Assembly: GCA_965240325.2 (NCBI GenBank)
Contig: OZ251229.1
Span: forward strand, 2,108,001 to 2,172,000
Direction of reading: 5' to 3'
DNA length: 64,000 nt
Source of the DNA: Rebecca billardiae RCC1528
Lineage: Eukaryota > Protista > Haptophyta
The position numbers and the translations under genes were made by a program. The notes beneath the pieces were generated by a model that worked only from the letters and a program-made list of their open reading frames with translations, did no database searches and was not told where the DNA came from. Below, one piece after another: positions 32,946 through 43,186 of the stretch; position 1 is the first letter of the stretch; every line of letters begins with the position of its first letter.

Positions 32946-34190
32946 GCGCCGCCGACGTTCGCCATCGTCGCCCTCGGCGCGTGCATGCTCGCCGCCGGGG
33001 ACGAGCCGCCGGGTCTATCGAAGCAGGCGCGGCTGAAAGGGGCGAGCTTCATCTATGGTTCGTCACGCGCGGACATCGACGAGGACCTGGAAGAGGCCAA
33101 CCTCGCCGCACACCGGGACGGCTCGCACGTGCCTGAGCGCGTTCGCATCTCGCCGTTCGAGATCGACACGACAGCGGTGACGAACGCGCAGTTCCGCCGC
33201 TTCGTCCGCGAGACGAAGCACCGTACGGACGCTGAATCGTACCGCTGGTCGTTCGTGCTCGAGTACCTCCTCGACGCCGAGACGATTGCACGCGCGGACG
33301 CAGAGGACGGCATTGGCAGGGTGAAGGACTCGCCACACTGGGTTGGGGTGCTCGGCGCGTACTGGCGGCAGCCTGAGGGCCCCAACTCGAGCATCAGGGG
33401 CAGGGAGAACCACCCCGTCGTGCACGTGTCGTATAACGACGCCGAAGCGTACTGCAAGTGGGCCGGCCGCCGGCTGCCCACCGAGCTTGAGTGGGAGTAC
33501 GCAGCACGCGGCGGGCTGTCGGACGAGCCCTTTCCGTGGGGTGGCGACGAGGACGGCGGGCGCGCGAACGGCTGGCAGGGGGCGTTCCCGAGCGTCAACA
33601 CGCTGCAGGACGGCTACGCCTCGACGGCCCCGGTCGACGCGTACGCGCCCAATAGGTACGGCTTGCACAACATGGTGGGCAACGTTTGGGAGTGGACGAG
33701 CGGCGGCACCGCCAAGACGCGGCCGCTGCGGGGCGGCAGCTTCGTCGACTCCATCGACGGCCGGGTCAACCACCCGCTGCGCGTCTCGACGCGGATGGAG
33801 AACGAGGCGGACAGCTCGAGCATCAACGTGGGCTTCCGCTGCGCGAGCGGTGACGAGCGCAACGCCCCGCCGCGCCGGGGCGGCGGCAAGCAGCGTGCCG
33901 CCCTCGACCAGGAGACCCTCTCGCAGATCGCGGCCGAGCGTGGCGTGGACGGCCTGACCGAGTACCTTGCAGAGCAGGGGCAGAACGCGCAGGTCTTCAC
34001 ACCGGACGAGCTGAGGGAGCGGCGGGATGCTGCGCGGGCGGCGGCGGCGGCGGCGGCCGAGGACGGTGAGAGCGGTGGCCCGGGCGACGCCTCCGCCTCT
34101 GCTCATCGTCGGCCGTCGCAGTCGTCTTCGCATCAGCGGCACAGCATGAGCAGTGGCCGTGGGCCGCGTGCGGCCAAGGACGAGTTATGA
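32943..34190 (+). CDS. SUMF2: SUMF2/pFGE-like inactive formylglycine-generating enzyme paralogue, ER resident
   Basis: Signal peptide; FGE-sulfatase motifs (HPVVHVSYNDAEAYCKWAGRRLPTELEWEYAARGG, NMVGNVWEW); Cys-less RGGSFVDSIDGRVNH...NVGFRCA; C-terminal KDEL. Confidence 0.8.
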   Translation: MAPPTFAIVALGACMLAAGDEPPGLSKQARLKGASFIYGSSRADIDEDLEEANLAAHRDGSHVPERVRISPFEIDTTAVTNAQFRRFVRETKHRTDAESYRWSFVLEYLLDAETIARADAEDGIGRVKDSPHWVGVLGAYWRQPEGPNSSIRGRENHPVVHVSYNDAEAYCKWAGRRLPTELEWEYAARGGLSDEPFPWGGDEDGGRANGWQGAFPSVNTLQDGYASTAPVDAYAPNRYGLHNMVGNVWEWTSGGTAKTRPLRGGSFVDSIDGRVNHPLRVSTRMENEADSSSINVGFRCASGDERNAPPRRGGGKQRAALDQETLSQIAAERGVDGLTEYLAEQGQNAQVFTPDELRERRDAARAAAAAAAEDGESGGPGDASASAHRRPSQSSSHQRHSMSSGRGPRAAKDEL

Positions 34191-34806
34191 TCCGCCAGCA
34201 TCGTCGTGATTGTGATGCTAGCTCAGGCGTCGTGACATCATCACTGGTCCAGTATAGTCTCAGGCGCTAGCAGCAGACTAGTCGTAGCGCTAGATGGCCT
34301 AACGGACTGTACAGTGTCGATCGTAGTCAGACTCAGCCCTCAGCTAGAGTACGTAGCTACTACTACGGTACTAGTAGTAGTATTAGTAAGCACTAAGCTA
34401 CCGGGTACTGAGTGCCCTACCGAGTCATGTCATCTGCGTCGCAGTTGCGCGGGCACGGAGCGGAGGAGCCACTCGTCCGGAGCAGTGAGTGGCGGCTCAG
34501 TGTAGAATCGCGGTCCGCGCCGATATCTGTCTGTCGGCACTCGCCGAGCAGTTACTCACTCTCAGTGCCCGAGTGAGTGCCACTGCCAGGCCGTTCGTCC
34601 CCTCGCGGCCCGCGCGGCCGCGCCGGGCCGAGGCGCCCCGCCGCCGCCGGCCCGGCGGCCGCTGGCACCGTGTTCGAAGACGAAGGCATCAAGGGACACG
34701 GAGCGGAGCGCGCGTGAGCCGCGCACGGACTTGCAGCCAAAGGGCGCTGTCATCCGCGAGAGTCAGGCCAGGGCTGGCAGCGAACAAGCGCCGAGCTCAG
34801 ACTCCG

Positions 34807-36204
34807 CTAGTACCAGTTCTCCGCGTACAGCGAGTTGGAGCAGCCGCGATTGGAGAGCTCACGGAACGGGTACATGTGCAGCCAGAAGTTGCAGCCGTAC
34901 TTGACGGCTCCCGGACCGGGCGGCAGCGCCTCGTGATCGGTGCGCGTCTCGCGCGCGTACGGGTCAGAGTCGAGCACGCTCGCCCACATCGCCGCGCGGC
35001 CCTTCTTGGGGGTGACCGTGACGTTGAGCTTGGGGAAGCGCGTGCCGCCGCCACTCTCGACGTCGTTCAGGTACCTGCGTGGGCACCGCGGCGCGGGGTG
35101 GATTGGTGACGGTGAGCCGCGAGCGCGACGAGAGAGGCAGCGCGCCACTCGGGCCGCGCCAAGCCGCGGCGCGCGCGCGAGCGCGCACATGTAGAATGTG
35201 TAGAGCCGCGGGCCCCACGCGGACGCGCGCGGCGCGTTCTGGTCACTGTGCGTGCCGTAGAATTGGGTTTCCTGATACCGCAGGATCTGCAGGAACTCGC
35301 CGTTCTCGGTGGGCACGCCTGTGAGCTGGGTCACGCGATCCTGCACGGCTCCGACAGCGGGGTCGTGCAGACAGCTGCCTGTGCACCACGACGTGGACGA
35401 GGTGCGCACTTCGTGCACGCCGTCGCCTGCAAGCGAGCGGTGCCATCCCTTGTCGCCGGCCTTGCGCATGGCCTCCGTCTCGGCGTCGCTTAGGAAGTCA
35501 TCGATCATGATCAGCCACGGGTCGCGCGAGACGACGTGCACGGTGCCGTTGCGCCCGGGGCCGAGGTGGCTCGTCTTGCTGATGCGCTCGAACATGGCGT
35601 TTACCGAGCCCACCGTCGCGGCGGGCGGGATCGAGCGGTCGCGCGCGCAGCGCGCATCGGACTTGACGTTGCACGCGCGGCACGTGAACGCGCACTCCTC
35701 GCGCATGCCCGGCTTCGTGTAGCAGCCGTGTCCGGCGGCCCGCTCGGCGCAGTCGGTCGCGCTGTCAAAGCACCGCTCCGATGGGCAGATGTGGCAGGAC
35801 ACGCGGCAGGTCGTCTGCATGAAGCCGGGGTTGGCCTCGCACTCGCCGATCGACGCCCAAGTGCCGCAGTTTGGGTCGAGGTCCTTGCACGTGCGACGAT
35901 CGGCGGCGGCGCGTTCTTCGGCGGAGGGCGTACAGAGGCCGCATGCAGCACGGCAGTTCGAGGTCATAAAGGCGGCATTCCTTTGGCACTCGCCGGAAGC
36001 AGCCCACGGCTTGCAGTCGTCCGACTCGTCGAGGCAAGGCAGCGCGAACTGATCGCTCGGCTCCGCGGCCGGTGCACGCGGCGAGCGCTTGGGCGTGAGG
36101 AGATCCTGGGAAGGAGAGGAGGATGGTGCGACGTCAAAGTGCACCAGGTCGGTCTTGAGTGCGCACACGGGCGCGAGCGCGAGCACGAGCGCGATGGAAC
36201 GCAT
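34807..36204 (-). CDS. Secretory prolyl 4-hydroxylase with N-terminal ShKT domains; intron 35075-35188
   Basis: Signal peptide, ShK repeats (CKPWAASGECQRNAAFMTSNCRAACGLC), RTSSTSW, HxD (THSD), YLNDVESGGGTRFP, HEALP...KY. Confidence 0.9.
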   Translation of the reverse strand: MRSIALVLALAPVCALKTDLVHFDVAPSSSPSQDLLTPKRSPRAPAAEPSDQFALPCLDESDDCKPWAASGECQRNAAFMTSNCRAACGLCTPSAEERAAADRRTCKDLDPNCGTWASIGECEANPGFMQTTCRVSCHICPSERCFDSATDCAERAAGHGCYTKPGMREECAFTCRACNVKSDARCARDRSIPPAATVGSVNAMFERISKTSHLGPGRNGTVHVVSRDPWLIMIDDFLSDAETEAMRKAGDKGWHRSLAGDGVHEVRTSSTSWCTGSCLHDPAVGAVQDRVTQLTGVPTENGEFLQILRYQETQFYGTHSDQNAPRASAWGPRLYTFYMCALARAPRLGAARVARCLSRRARGSPSPIHPAPRCPRRYLNDVESGGGTRFPKLNVTVTPKKGRAAMWASVLDSDPYARETRTDHEALPPGPGAVKYGCNFWLHMYPFRELSNRGCSNSLYAENWY

Positions 36205-36985
36205 GTGGACGGGTCGACGACGGGCGACCGGTGAGCGATGTGGAGTTTTCTACCGGCGCCACGCTTTTCGAGCTCGTCGGCCGCTGGAACTACCGGGGAT
36301 TTCGACGCCCATTGGTGCATCGAGCGCGTAGATCTCATCAGATCCTGGCGAGCGGCAGGCGAGCGAACGCCAAGATCGAGGCATCAAAGTTGAACGGGCG
36401 GTTGCCCAGCCCGGAGCGGGTCAGCGGGATATTCGGAGCCAAAAAAAGCCTGCCCTCGGTGGTAAACTCGTAACGTCTTTCCGATTCCGGACTGATGGTC
36501 TGCCCATGCCCCACGGCCACGGGCCAGCCGGCAGTGCTGGCCGGCTTGATGAGGCTGATGCCGAGTGCCCGACGGCGATGCGCTCCGATCACGGCAACGG
36601 GCGGCAGCAAGCATGATAGATCGCGATCCGAGTCGCGCGGCGCCCTGATCACAATGATCGATTGATGAGATAACTGCCGAATCCGACGCCAGCTGCATGC
36701 AGTCAGTCTGAGGCCCGACTGGCACTAGTCACTGGACTGGCCGAGGTCACCGCCCGCCGGCGCCGGTCTGATAGTGACATTGTCCGCGCCGCGGCTTAGT
36801 AAATAGCCAATGCGCCATGCCGGGCATGCGGTGTCCGCCGGCAGTCCAGACGGGCACGGAGACCTCGCGCAGACCGCTGTCCGGACGGCTCGGTCACTCA
36901 CGGGCGTGACGGCTGTCACCCGGCCGACGGGACTCAGTGCAGTCAATGCAACTGGTACTATAACCGTCCGAGTCCGTTAGGCCGC

Positions 36986-37124
36986 ACCGCCGCACTGTGA
37001 CTGCTAACTTCAGGGCTCCGGATTAGTATGATTCGCCGCGGCCGTAACCGTGTACCGCCGCGGCTGTGACTGCTAACTTCAGGGCTCCGGATTAGTATGA
37101 TTCGCCGCGGCCGTAACCGTGTAC
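36986..37124 (+). repeat. Tandem duplication, period about 69 bp (61 bp identical)
   Basis: ctgtgactgctaacttcagggctccggattagtatgattcgccgcggccgtaaccgtgtac at 36995 and 37064. Confidence 0.9.
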
Positions 37125-37818
37125 TACTACGACGCTGAACTACTCGGTCGTAGTAAATTACTCCGAAGCACTGCGAGTGCGACTCGATCGCCTCAGTACG
37201 GCGTTATTACGTACCGCGTATAAGGTTACCGTTACTGGGGCCCGTCGGACTTAGGCAGCGGCTCACTGTGGCCGGTCGGTACAGAATTCTAGCAGGTACG
37301 AGTTTGCTGAGAGGCGTAGCGGGCACGGTCTGCGGACCGTCGTCGTCGCCTTTCGCCTTTCGGACAACCCGGTGCCAATCATAAAGGCTTTCCGAACTAG
37401 ACTAGTGACGCGGTCGCCGCCTCGCGGACTGCACGCAGTCCCGGTCCGAGGAGTCAGCTTAATGCTGCAGCAGCACTCATCAGTCCGAGCAACGGCTCGC
37501 TGACACCGTACTCCGCGTGAGAGTGTCTTAGTGATTATTATCATATTAGTCCCAGGATCGACTCTTCACACAGGTTATAATCTTCATGCACTCCCGCGGT
37601 CTGGCGGCGCGATCGAGATACGGTGCCGACTTGCTGCGCACACGGAGTCCTCTCCATACGTGCATCGAGTGTCACGTGCCACGAAATGATGCTCAATCAT
37701 ACAGTACGTTCGCAGCCGCCCGGTAGCGAGTGGCCCAGTGGCCTCCGACGGGCCACCGCACCCGTCGTCTGCGGTTCTGGTTGGCGAACTGCCATGCCGA
37801 TGCGACACCATCACGCCA

Positions 37819-38736
37819 TCACGTAGCGTCACCGGTCAGGCCGCTCTCCACCGCTGCTCGTGCACGCTCGCAGAGCTCTTCTTCGCTCACGCCGTCGCTA
37901 CTGAGCGGCGGGTGCACGCGCACCGCCAGCGGCACGTTGCGCTTCGGCCCGATCCAGCCCTTGGGCCATGCTGCGTAAGTGCCCGAGATGGTGAGCGGCA
38001 CGATGCGGACTTTCGCCGACTGCGCCATCTTGAAAGGTCCGCGCTTGAAGGGGAGCAGCTTGCCCGTCGTCGTCGTCGTGCCCTCGGGGAACGCGAGCAG
38101 CGCGTTCCCCTCCTTCAGCGCGCGCACGGCGTCGATGAAGACCCGCGCCTCCGAGCGGCGGTCGCCGCGCGTCACGACGAGATCCTTGGCGAGATCGAGC
38201 TTCTGGCCGATCACGGGGATCTTCTGCACCTCGGACTTGGAGATGTACTTCATCGGTCGTTTCAGGAGCCCCGTGAGCGGGATGTCCAGGTAGCTGCAGT
38301 GATTTGCCACGTACATCACCGGCTCGTCCGCAGGTGGCAGCAGGTGAGCATCCACGCACTCCGCGCGCATGCCACTCATGCCGAGCACGATGCGCCCCCA
38401 CCAGTTTCCCACGCGCGAAACGAGCATGCGCCGCTTGGAGTCCAGCGCCGCGCCAATGTACATCAGCGGGAGGCACAGAAACCCCCAGATCGCGCAGTTG
38501 AGCCCGAACCACAGGCCGAACGCCGTGAGCTTGCCTTTCTTCACCTCGATGCGATCGAGCAGCCCGAGCGGCCTGTCCGCAAACGATGGCTGCACCGCGA
38601 TGGAGGACAGCCCGATGGGTAGGCGGCGCGATGCGACGACCCGCAAGGGCTGCACCACGCTCAGTTGAGCACGGTGCACCGCCGGGGTGACCGGAGCGAA
38701 CGCCAGGGCCGCGGCGATCGCCACGACGGTCGTCAT
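37819..38736 (-). CDS. plsC: Plastid 1-acyl-sn-glycerol-3-phosphate acyltransferase (LPAAT, PlsC family)
   Basis: NHCSYLD and FPEGT motifs, PFKRGPF; bipartite presequence MTTVVAIAAALA-FAP. Confidence 0.9.
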   Translation of the reverse strand: MTTVVAIAAALAFAPVTPAVHRAQLSVVQPLRVVASRRLPIGLSSIAVQPSFADRPLGLLDRIEVKKGKLTAFGLWFGLNCAIWGFLCLPLMYIGAALDSKRRMLVSRVGNWWGRIVLGMSGMRAECVDAHLLPPADEPVMYVANHCSYLDIPLTGLLKRPMKYISKSEVQKIPVIGQKLDLAKDLVVTRGDRRSEARVFIDAVRALKEGNALLAFPEGTTTTTGKLLPFKRGPFKMAQSAKVRIVPLTISGTYAAWPKGWIGPKRNVPLAVRVHPPLSSDGVSEEELCERARAAVESGLTGDAT

Positions 38737-38888
38737 TCCGCGGCACCGCGCGACGGGAATCACGACGGGCGAGAGCGGGCGGCTAATCGGCCTAAAATCA
38801 CCCCGCCGCCGCTTCCTGGCGGGACGGACGCAACTGAGCGCCGGGGAAAGTGGGACGAAACCCTCGCGCCCATGTTTCAAAGTCTGCG

Positions 38889-40766
38889 ATGAGATGCATC
38901 GTAAAGTTAGGTACGACGACAGTGTACCCGGGTGCCGGTCGATTGTCGGGGCCTCGTGCGGGCCTCCGCCCCCGCACGGCGCTTGCGCGCAGGGTGTGCT
39001 CAGCTCGGAGCGAGTACCGCAGTGGTGTGCTTTGTGCGGGCACGACGCTACCTCCCCACACCGCGCGGCAGCTTGCGCCTGCCACGTGCGCGCGCGCACG
39101 CGCGTCGCGCTCAATCACCAGCATGCTCCATGCGCACGCGTGCGCATCTGCCGAAGCCGCAGCCGAGCTGCTGCGCCGGCGGAGCCTCGCCTCCGAGATT
39201 GGCGTGTTCTTACCCGCAGTTTCCTCTGGTGCAGACGACGCGCAAGCCGCGCTCGCGCCCGATGCGTCGGCCACTGACAGCGCGAAGCGCGCGCGCACCG
39301 ACTCGCCATGCGAGCGTGCGCTCGCACGCTTCGAACAGCTGGGCTTCCCGGCGTTCCACAGGGTCCGAGGCCCGCTCGCGGACCTGCTCAAGCCCGAATT
39401 TGCCGACGCGCACATCCGCACCGGCACGTGCGTCATGCTCTCCGTGGACGACGACGGCTCCCGTCTCGCCGGCTGCGCGCGCCAGGCTCGGCTGGCTGAG
39501 GCAGACGGCACGAACGCGGTGCTGCTCGACGCGTCGGGGCTGCTGATCCTGCGCTGTGACGCGCCGACGTACCGCCGGCTGGGGCTCGAAGGGCGGCCCT
39601 GCGCGGGCCCAGGCCAGAGCGCCGCGCGCGGAGGCCGCTGGAAGCGCCCCGCGGGCGCCGGGTTGCGCGCCGCGGGCTCACAGGGTCTGAGAGGAGGGCC
39701 GTACGTCGTCGCTGTTGACGTGCGGCGCTCTGACTTCCGGCCGGGGGACGCGGAGTACGAGCGCGTGCAGCGCGCGCTGGCGCCAGCGGCCACCGAGCAC
39801 GTCACGCTGCTCGTCGCTTGGGAGGGCGGCTCGGCTACGGCCACGCCCGCCTTCCCGCCTGGCTTTGTGCTCGAGGCGCGGGCGTGCGCTGCCGTCAGCG
39901 GCGCGGTGATGGCGCGGCGTGGCGGCAGCGCCGCGCCTGAGCTGCGCCTGCCCGACGTCCCTCGCGCACTCGAGCTCGGAGCCCCAGCCGACCCGCACGC
40001 GCGTGCCGACCACAGCCACGCGCCCGCGCCGGCGGAGGAGGCCGCTGGCCGTGGGCCGATCGCAGCAGCGTCGGGCGGCGGTCTCGGCCCAACCGCGCCC
40101 TCTGCCGCGCGCCCACCGGCTGCGAGCTGCAGCGCGCGCGCGCTCGAGGCCGTGCACACGTGGCTCGGGCTGGCGCACGCCCTCCCGCACTGCGCGCCGG
40201 AGCACGGCGGGGGTACGAGCGAGCTCGAGCGCGTCGATGGCGCGGAGCTCCAGCGCATCGCGCAGATACTGTGCCCGCACCTGCCCTACCGCCCCGCGCG
40301 CCCGCGCGGGGCGCGTGGACGCACCGGCACGGCGCGGGCGGACGTGTGCGCGCGCACGTGGCGCGTCCGAGGCTTGCTCGCGCCGCCCGCACTGGAGCGC
40401 GCGCTGCGCGCTGCGCTGGCCGCTGTGGAGGCCGGTGAGGTGCCGTGGGCATCCATCGCCATCTGGGGCTGCGACGACGCCGCGCTCGACTGCTGCCGGC
40501 GGTTCCTGAGCGCGACACACGCAAATGACCTGACGGATGCAGCTGCGCCGCGCGTCGGCCGGCCGGAGACGGACCTGCTCGCGCTCGTGCTGCCGGCGCA
40601 GCGGCCCCGTGATACCGGTCCGGTTGGTGGGCCAGGGCCGTGCTCTGCGTGGGTCTGTGTGCTCGCTGCACACGCGCTGGACCAGCGCGCCGCCTGGCTG
40701 TCACCTGGGTGCGCGCTGCCGGCGACGACGAGATGCCGCCAGGCGACAGCTGATCATCAGCAATGA
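38889..40766 (+). CDS. RPP40: RNase P/MRP subunit p40-like protein (start uncertain, 38889 or 39123)
   Basis: GLLILRCDAPTYRRLGLEG, YVVAVD...FRPG..EYERV, HTWLG, WRVRGLLAP and PWASIAIWGCDD follow the Rpp40 motif series. Confidence 0.7.
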   Translation: MRCIVKLGTTTVYPGAGRLSGPRAGLRPRTALARRVCSARSEYRSGVLCAGTTLPPHTARQLAPATCARARASRSITSMLHAHACASAEAAAELLRRRSLASEIGVFLPAVSSGADDAQAALAPDASATDSAKRARTDSPCERALARFEQLGFPAFHRVRGPLADLLKPEFADAHIRTGTCVMLSVDDDGSRLAGCARQARLAEADGTNAVLLDASGLLILRCDAPTYRRLGLEGRPCAGPGQSAARGGRWKRPAGAGLRAAGSQGLRGGPYVVAVDVRRSDFRPGDAEYERVQRALAPAATEHVTLLVAWEGGSATATPAFPPGFVLEARACAAVSGAVMARRGGSAAPELRLPDVPRALELGAPADPHARADHSHAPAPAEEAAGRGPIAAASGGGLGPTAPSAARPPAASCSARALEAVHTWLGLAHALPHCAPEHGGGTSELERVDGAELQRIAQILCPHLPYRPARPRGARGRTGTARADVCARTWRVRGLLAPPALERALRAALAAVEAGEVPWASIAIWGCDDAALDCCRRFLSATHANDLTDAAAPRVGRPETDLLALVLPAQRPRDTGPVGGPGPCSAWVCVLAAHALDQRAAWLSPGCALPATTRCRQATADHQQ

Positions 40767-40813
40767 CGAAAGGATAATAAAAATCGCCGCGTCGTCGTCC
40801 AAAAGAATAAACC

Positions 40814-42304
40814 ATGCGCCACGTGTCACGCACGGACGTACTTGGCGTCCTCGTCGACACGATGGCCGACACCGTCGCACACGACGATGCGGAGTTGATG
40901 GAGCTCATTGCGCATCGGAACAGGCCCAACGTGCTGCGCGCCCGCAAGCAGCACGGCTGCATGGCGTGCGGCGCCTCGGTTGGCGTTGGCGAGCTCGTAT
41001 GGCCGCTGCACATCGGCGGTGACCCGCGGCGCACGTGGGTGCACGTGCGATGTGCGGTCGAGAGGCTCGGGACGCCACTCGTACCCCCGCCGTGCAAGCA
41101 CTACGTGGGCAAGGGCTTCTGCGTGTTCGGCGACCGCTGCTTCTTCGATCACCCCGACGACGTCCAGCCGGTGGATGGGCCGACGCCCTTCGTCGAGCCG
41201 GGCAACACACGCGCGGACAGGGAGGAGCGCGCCCAGAGGCAGCCGCGAGGCGCTTCGACCGCCGCAGCCAATGGCGCCGCGAGCGACGAGCCGGGTGCGC
41301 GGATCTCGCGGTACCGCATGCGCGCGCGCGTGCGGAACCACCACCGCGCGTCCATGCTCCGCCGCTGGGTGCTCGAGCGGTACGGGCTCGAGCGCGTCGC
41401 GGCGGGCGCGGGCGTGCTCGAGGTTGCGGGCGGCAAGGGCGAGCTCTCCTTTCAGTTCGCCAAGGTGAACGGCATCCGCGCGACGAACGTCGACCCGCGC
41501 CGCGGCCGGCTGGACAAGTACCGCAAGGTGCTCGCCGCGGGGTTCTACACGCGCAACCGCGCGTTCGAGCACGTGGATGTGCGCGTGCCCGCGCGCGCGA
41601 GCAGCCTCCCGGCCGACGGCGAGCCTGGCCTCGTACGGGCCTTCTTTGAGATGCCACAGCTGCGCGCGCGCACGAGGGCGGGCGCGCGCGCGGCGGCAGA
41701 GGAGCCGGCGGCGGCGGAGGCGTGGATGCCTGTCTTCGCGCGCGACGAGGACGCGTGGGCGCGCGAGCAGAGCCGCGCGCGCTCGCACCGCTGGACTCGG
41801 CGCGGCCTCGTCCGAGTGCCGGGCGCTGCCGACGCAGGCGCTGATGCGGCGGCGGGCGCGGGCGCGAATGGCGCGGGGGGCTTTGGAGATGACACGTGCC
41901 CGGAGTGCGCGTGCGCGTGCGACGCGTGCGAGGACGAGGGCGGCGGTGGGCACGGCGCGGATGACGCGGACGAGGACGACGAGGCCGATGGCACGATCGA
42001 CGCGGCAGCGCTCGTCGACTCGCTGGACGACGCGCGGGCCATTCTGAGCGAGGTCAGCATCGTCGTGAGCATGCACGGCGACGCGGCCGTCGACCACGCG
42101 CTCGAGTTCGCCCTGCAGCGCGGGCTCCCGTTCGCGCTCGTGCCGTGCTGCGTGTACCAGCACCTCAACCCGTGGCGACCGGACGTGCGCTCATACGAGC
42201 AGCTCCTGCAGCATCTGGAGGCGCGCGCGAGAGAGGCGGGCGTGGAGGTGGGCCGCACGACACTGCTCTTCGAGGGCAAGAATCAGCTCATCTACTCACT
42301 CTGA
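40814..42304 (+). CDS. CCCH zinc-finger plus SAM-dependent methyltransferase-like protein
   Basis: CKHYVGKGFCVFGDRCFFDH; VLEVAGGKGELS, NVDPR, SMHGDAA, PFALVPCCVY, LFEGKN. Confidence 0.8.
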   Translation: MRHVSRTDVLGVLVDTMADTVAHDDAELMELIAHRNRPNVLRARKQHGCMACGASVGVGELVWPLHIGGDPRRTWVHVRCAVERLGTPLVPPPCKHYVGKGFCVFGDRCFFDHPDDVQPVDGPTPFVEPGNTRADREERAQRQPRGASTAAANGAASDEPGARISRYRMRARVRNHHRASMLRRWVLERYGLERVAAGAGVLEVAGGKGELSFQFAKVNGIRATNVDPRRGRLDKYRKVLAAGFYTRNRAFEHVDVRVPARASSLPADGEPGLVRAFFEMPQLRARTRAGARAAAEEPAAAEAWMPVFARDEDAWAREQSRARSHRWTRRGLVRVPGAADAGADAAAGAGANGAGGFGDDTCPECACACDACEDEGGGGHGADDADEDDEADGTIDAAALVDSLDDARAILSEVSIVVSMHGDAAVDHALEFALQRGLPFALVPCCVYQHLNPWRPDVRSYEQLLQHLEARAREAGVEVGRTTLLFEGKNQLIYSL

Positions 42305-42940
42305 CCGGAGTCGATCACTGAGCGTTGCCCGATGGGATGCACACGCCATTCTGTCACACAGTAATGAGTTACAACGGAGACACGACCGCGAGTGACTGGC
42401 GCTGCCCTGCGGCCGCTAGTAATTGCACAGCCGATCCCGGAACCGTGCCCCGTGCAGAGTGACCGTGTCCGGGACGTGTGCCGATACACGTTGAACTTGC
42501 CAAGACTAAGACGTAACTCCGGTAAGACGACCGCGCGTCTCGGTCACCGGACGGACTGGACTCACAGTGTGAGACAGTCACTGTGAGTGTGAGTGCGGTC
42601 CGCGCGAACAGCCCGAACCGTTGTTACATGCCAATTCAGGACAGTGACCGCCGGACTCAGTTCGAGTTATAGTTTACTATGCCTTTTAAGCCTTTTTTAA
42701 AAGTAGCATTAAGCGCCCAACGATTCCAGGGTGTCACTCTGCGGACTAAGGGCGTTCTCAGGCCGTCGTGCCAGTCTCCGGTGGGTGGTAAGCCCTTCCG
42801 AGGCACGGTGGATGATGATGCTCGTGTGCGCGTGCGCGCGGAGTGATCACGCGGTCCGCGGTCGCGGACGTCGGAGACAATTTAGTTTATGAGGGATTGC
42901 TGGATGTCCGGCGGAAAAGATGTGGTCGTCTGGAAAGGAT

Positions 42941-43186
42941 CTAGTTCCATGAGCACACCTCGCGGGCCGCCTCCGCCGTCGAATCGGGGAGGTTGGAGGC
43001 GAGGTCGGGGTAGCCCTTGAGCGGCGCCTTGGATGCGTACCTCTCGTCGTGCGCGAGCGCCTCGCTCATGCGGGTGACGAGCTTGGGGGCCTGCTGTGCG
43101 ACCTCAGCGCCGCCGCTGTTGAAGTAGATGGCAGCTGCGCCGGCCGCAGCGCCCGCCGCAGCGACAGAGAGGAGCTTCGACGACAT
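42941..43186 (-). CDS. Small hypothetical protein, possibly organelle targeted; 3' end may be spliced
   Basis: 81-aa ORF with coding-like GC3 bias and hydrophobic N-terminus; possible donor GAG|GTGTGC near the end. Confidence 0.45.
   Translation of the reverse strand: MSSKLLSVAAAGAAAGAAAIYFNSGGAEVAQQAPKLVTRMSEALAHDERYASKAPLKGYPDLASNLPDSTAEAAREVCSWN

Noticed and set aside
36338-36725. Minus-strand ORFs upstream of the P4H gene
   Set aside because: No identifiable family.
36986-37124. CRISPR-like repeat
   Set aside because: Only two adjacent units with no unique spacers, in a eukaryotic context.
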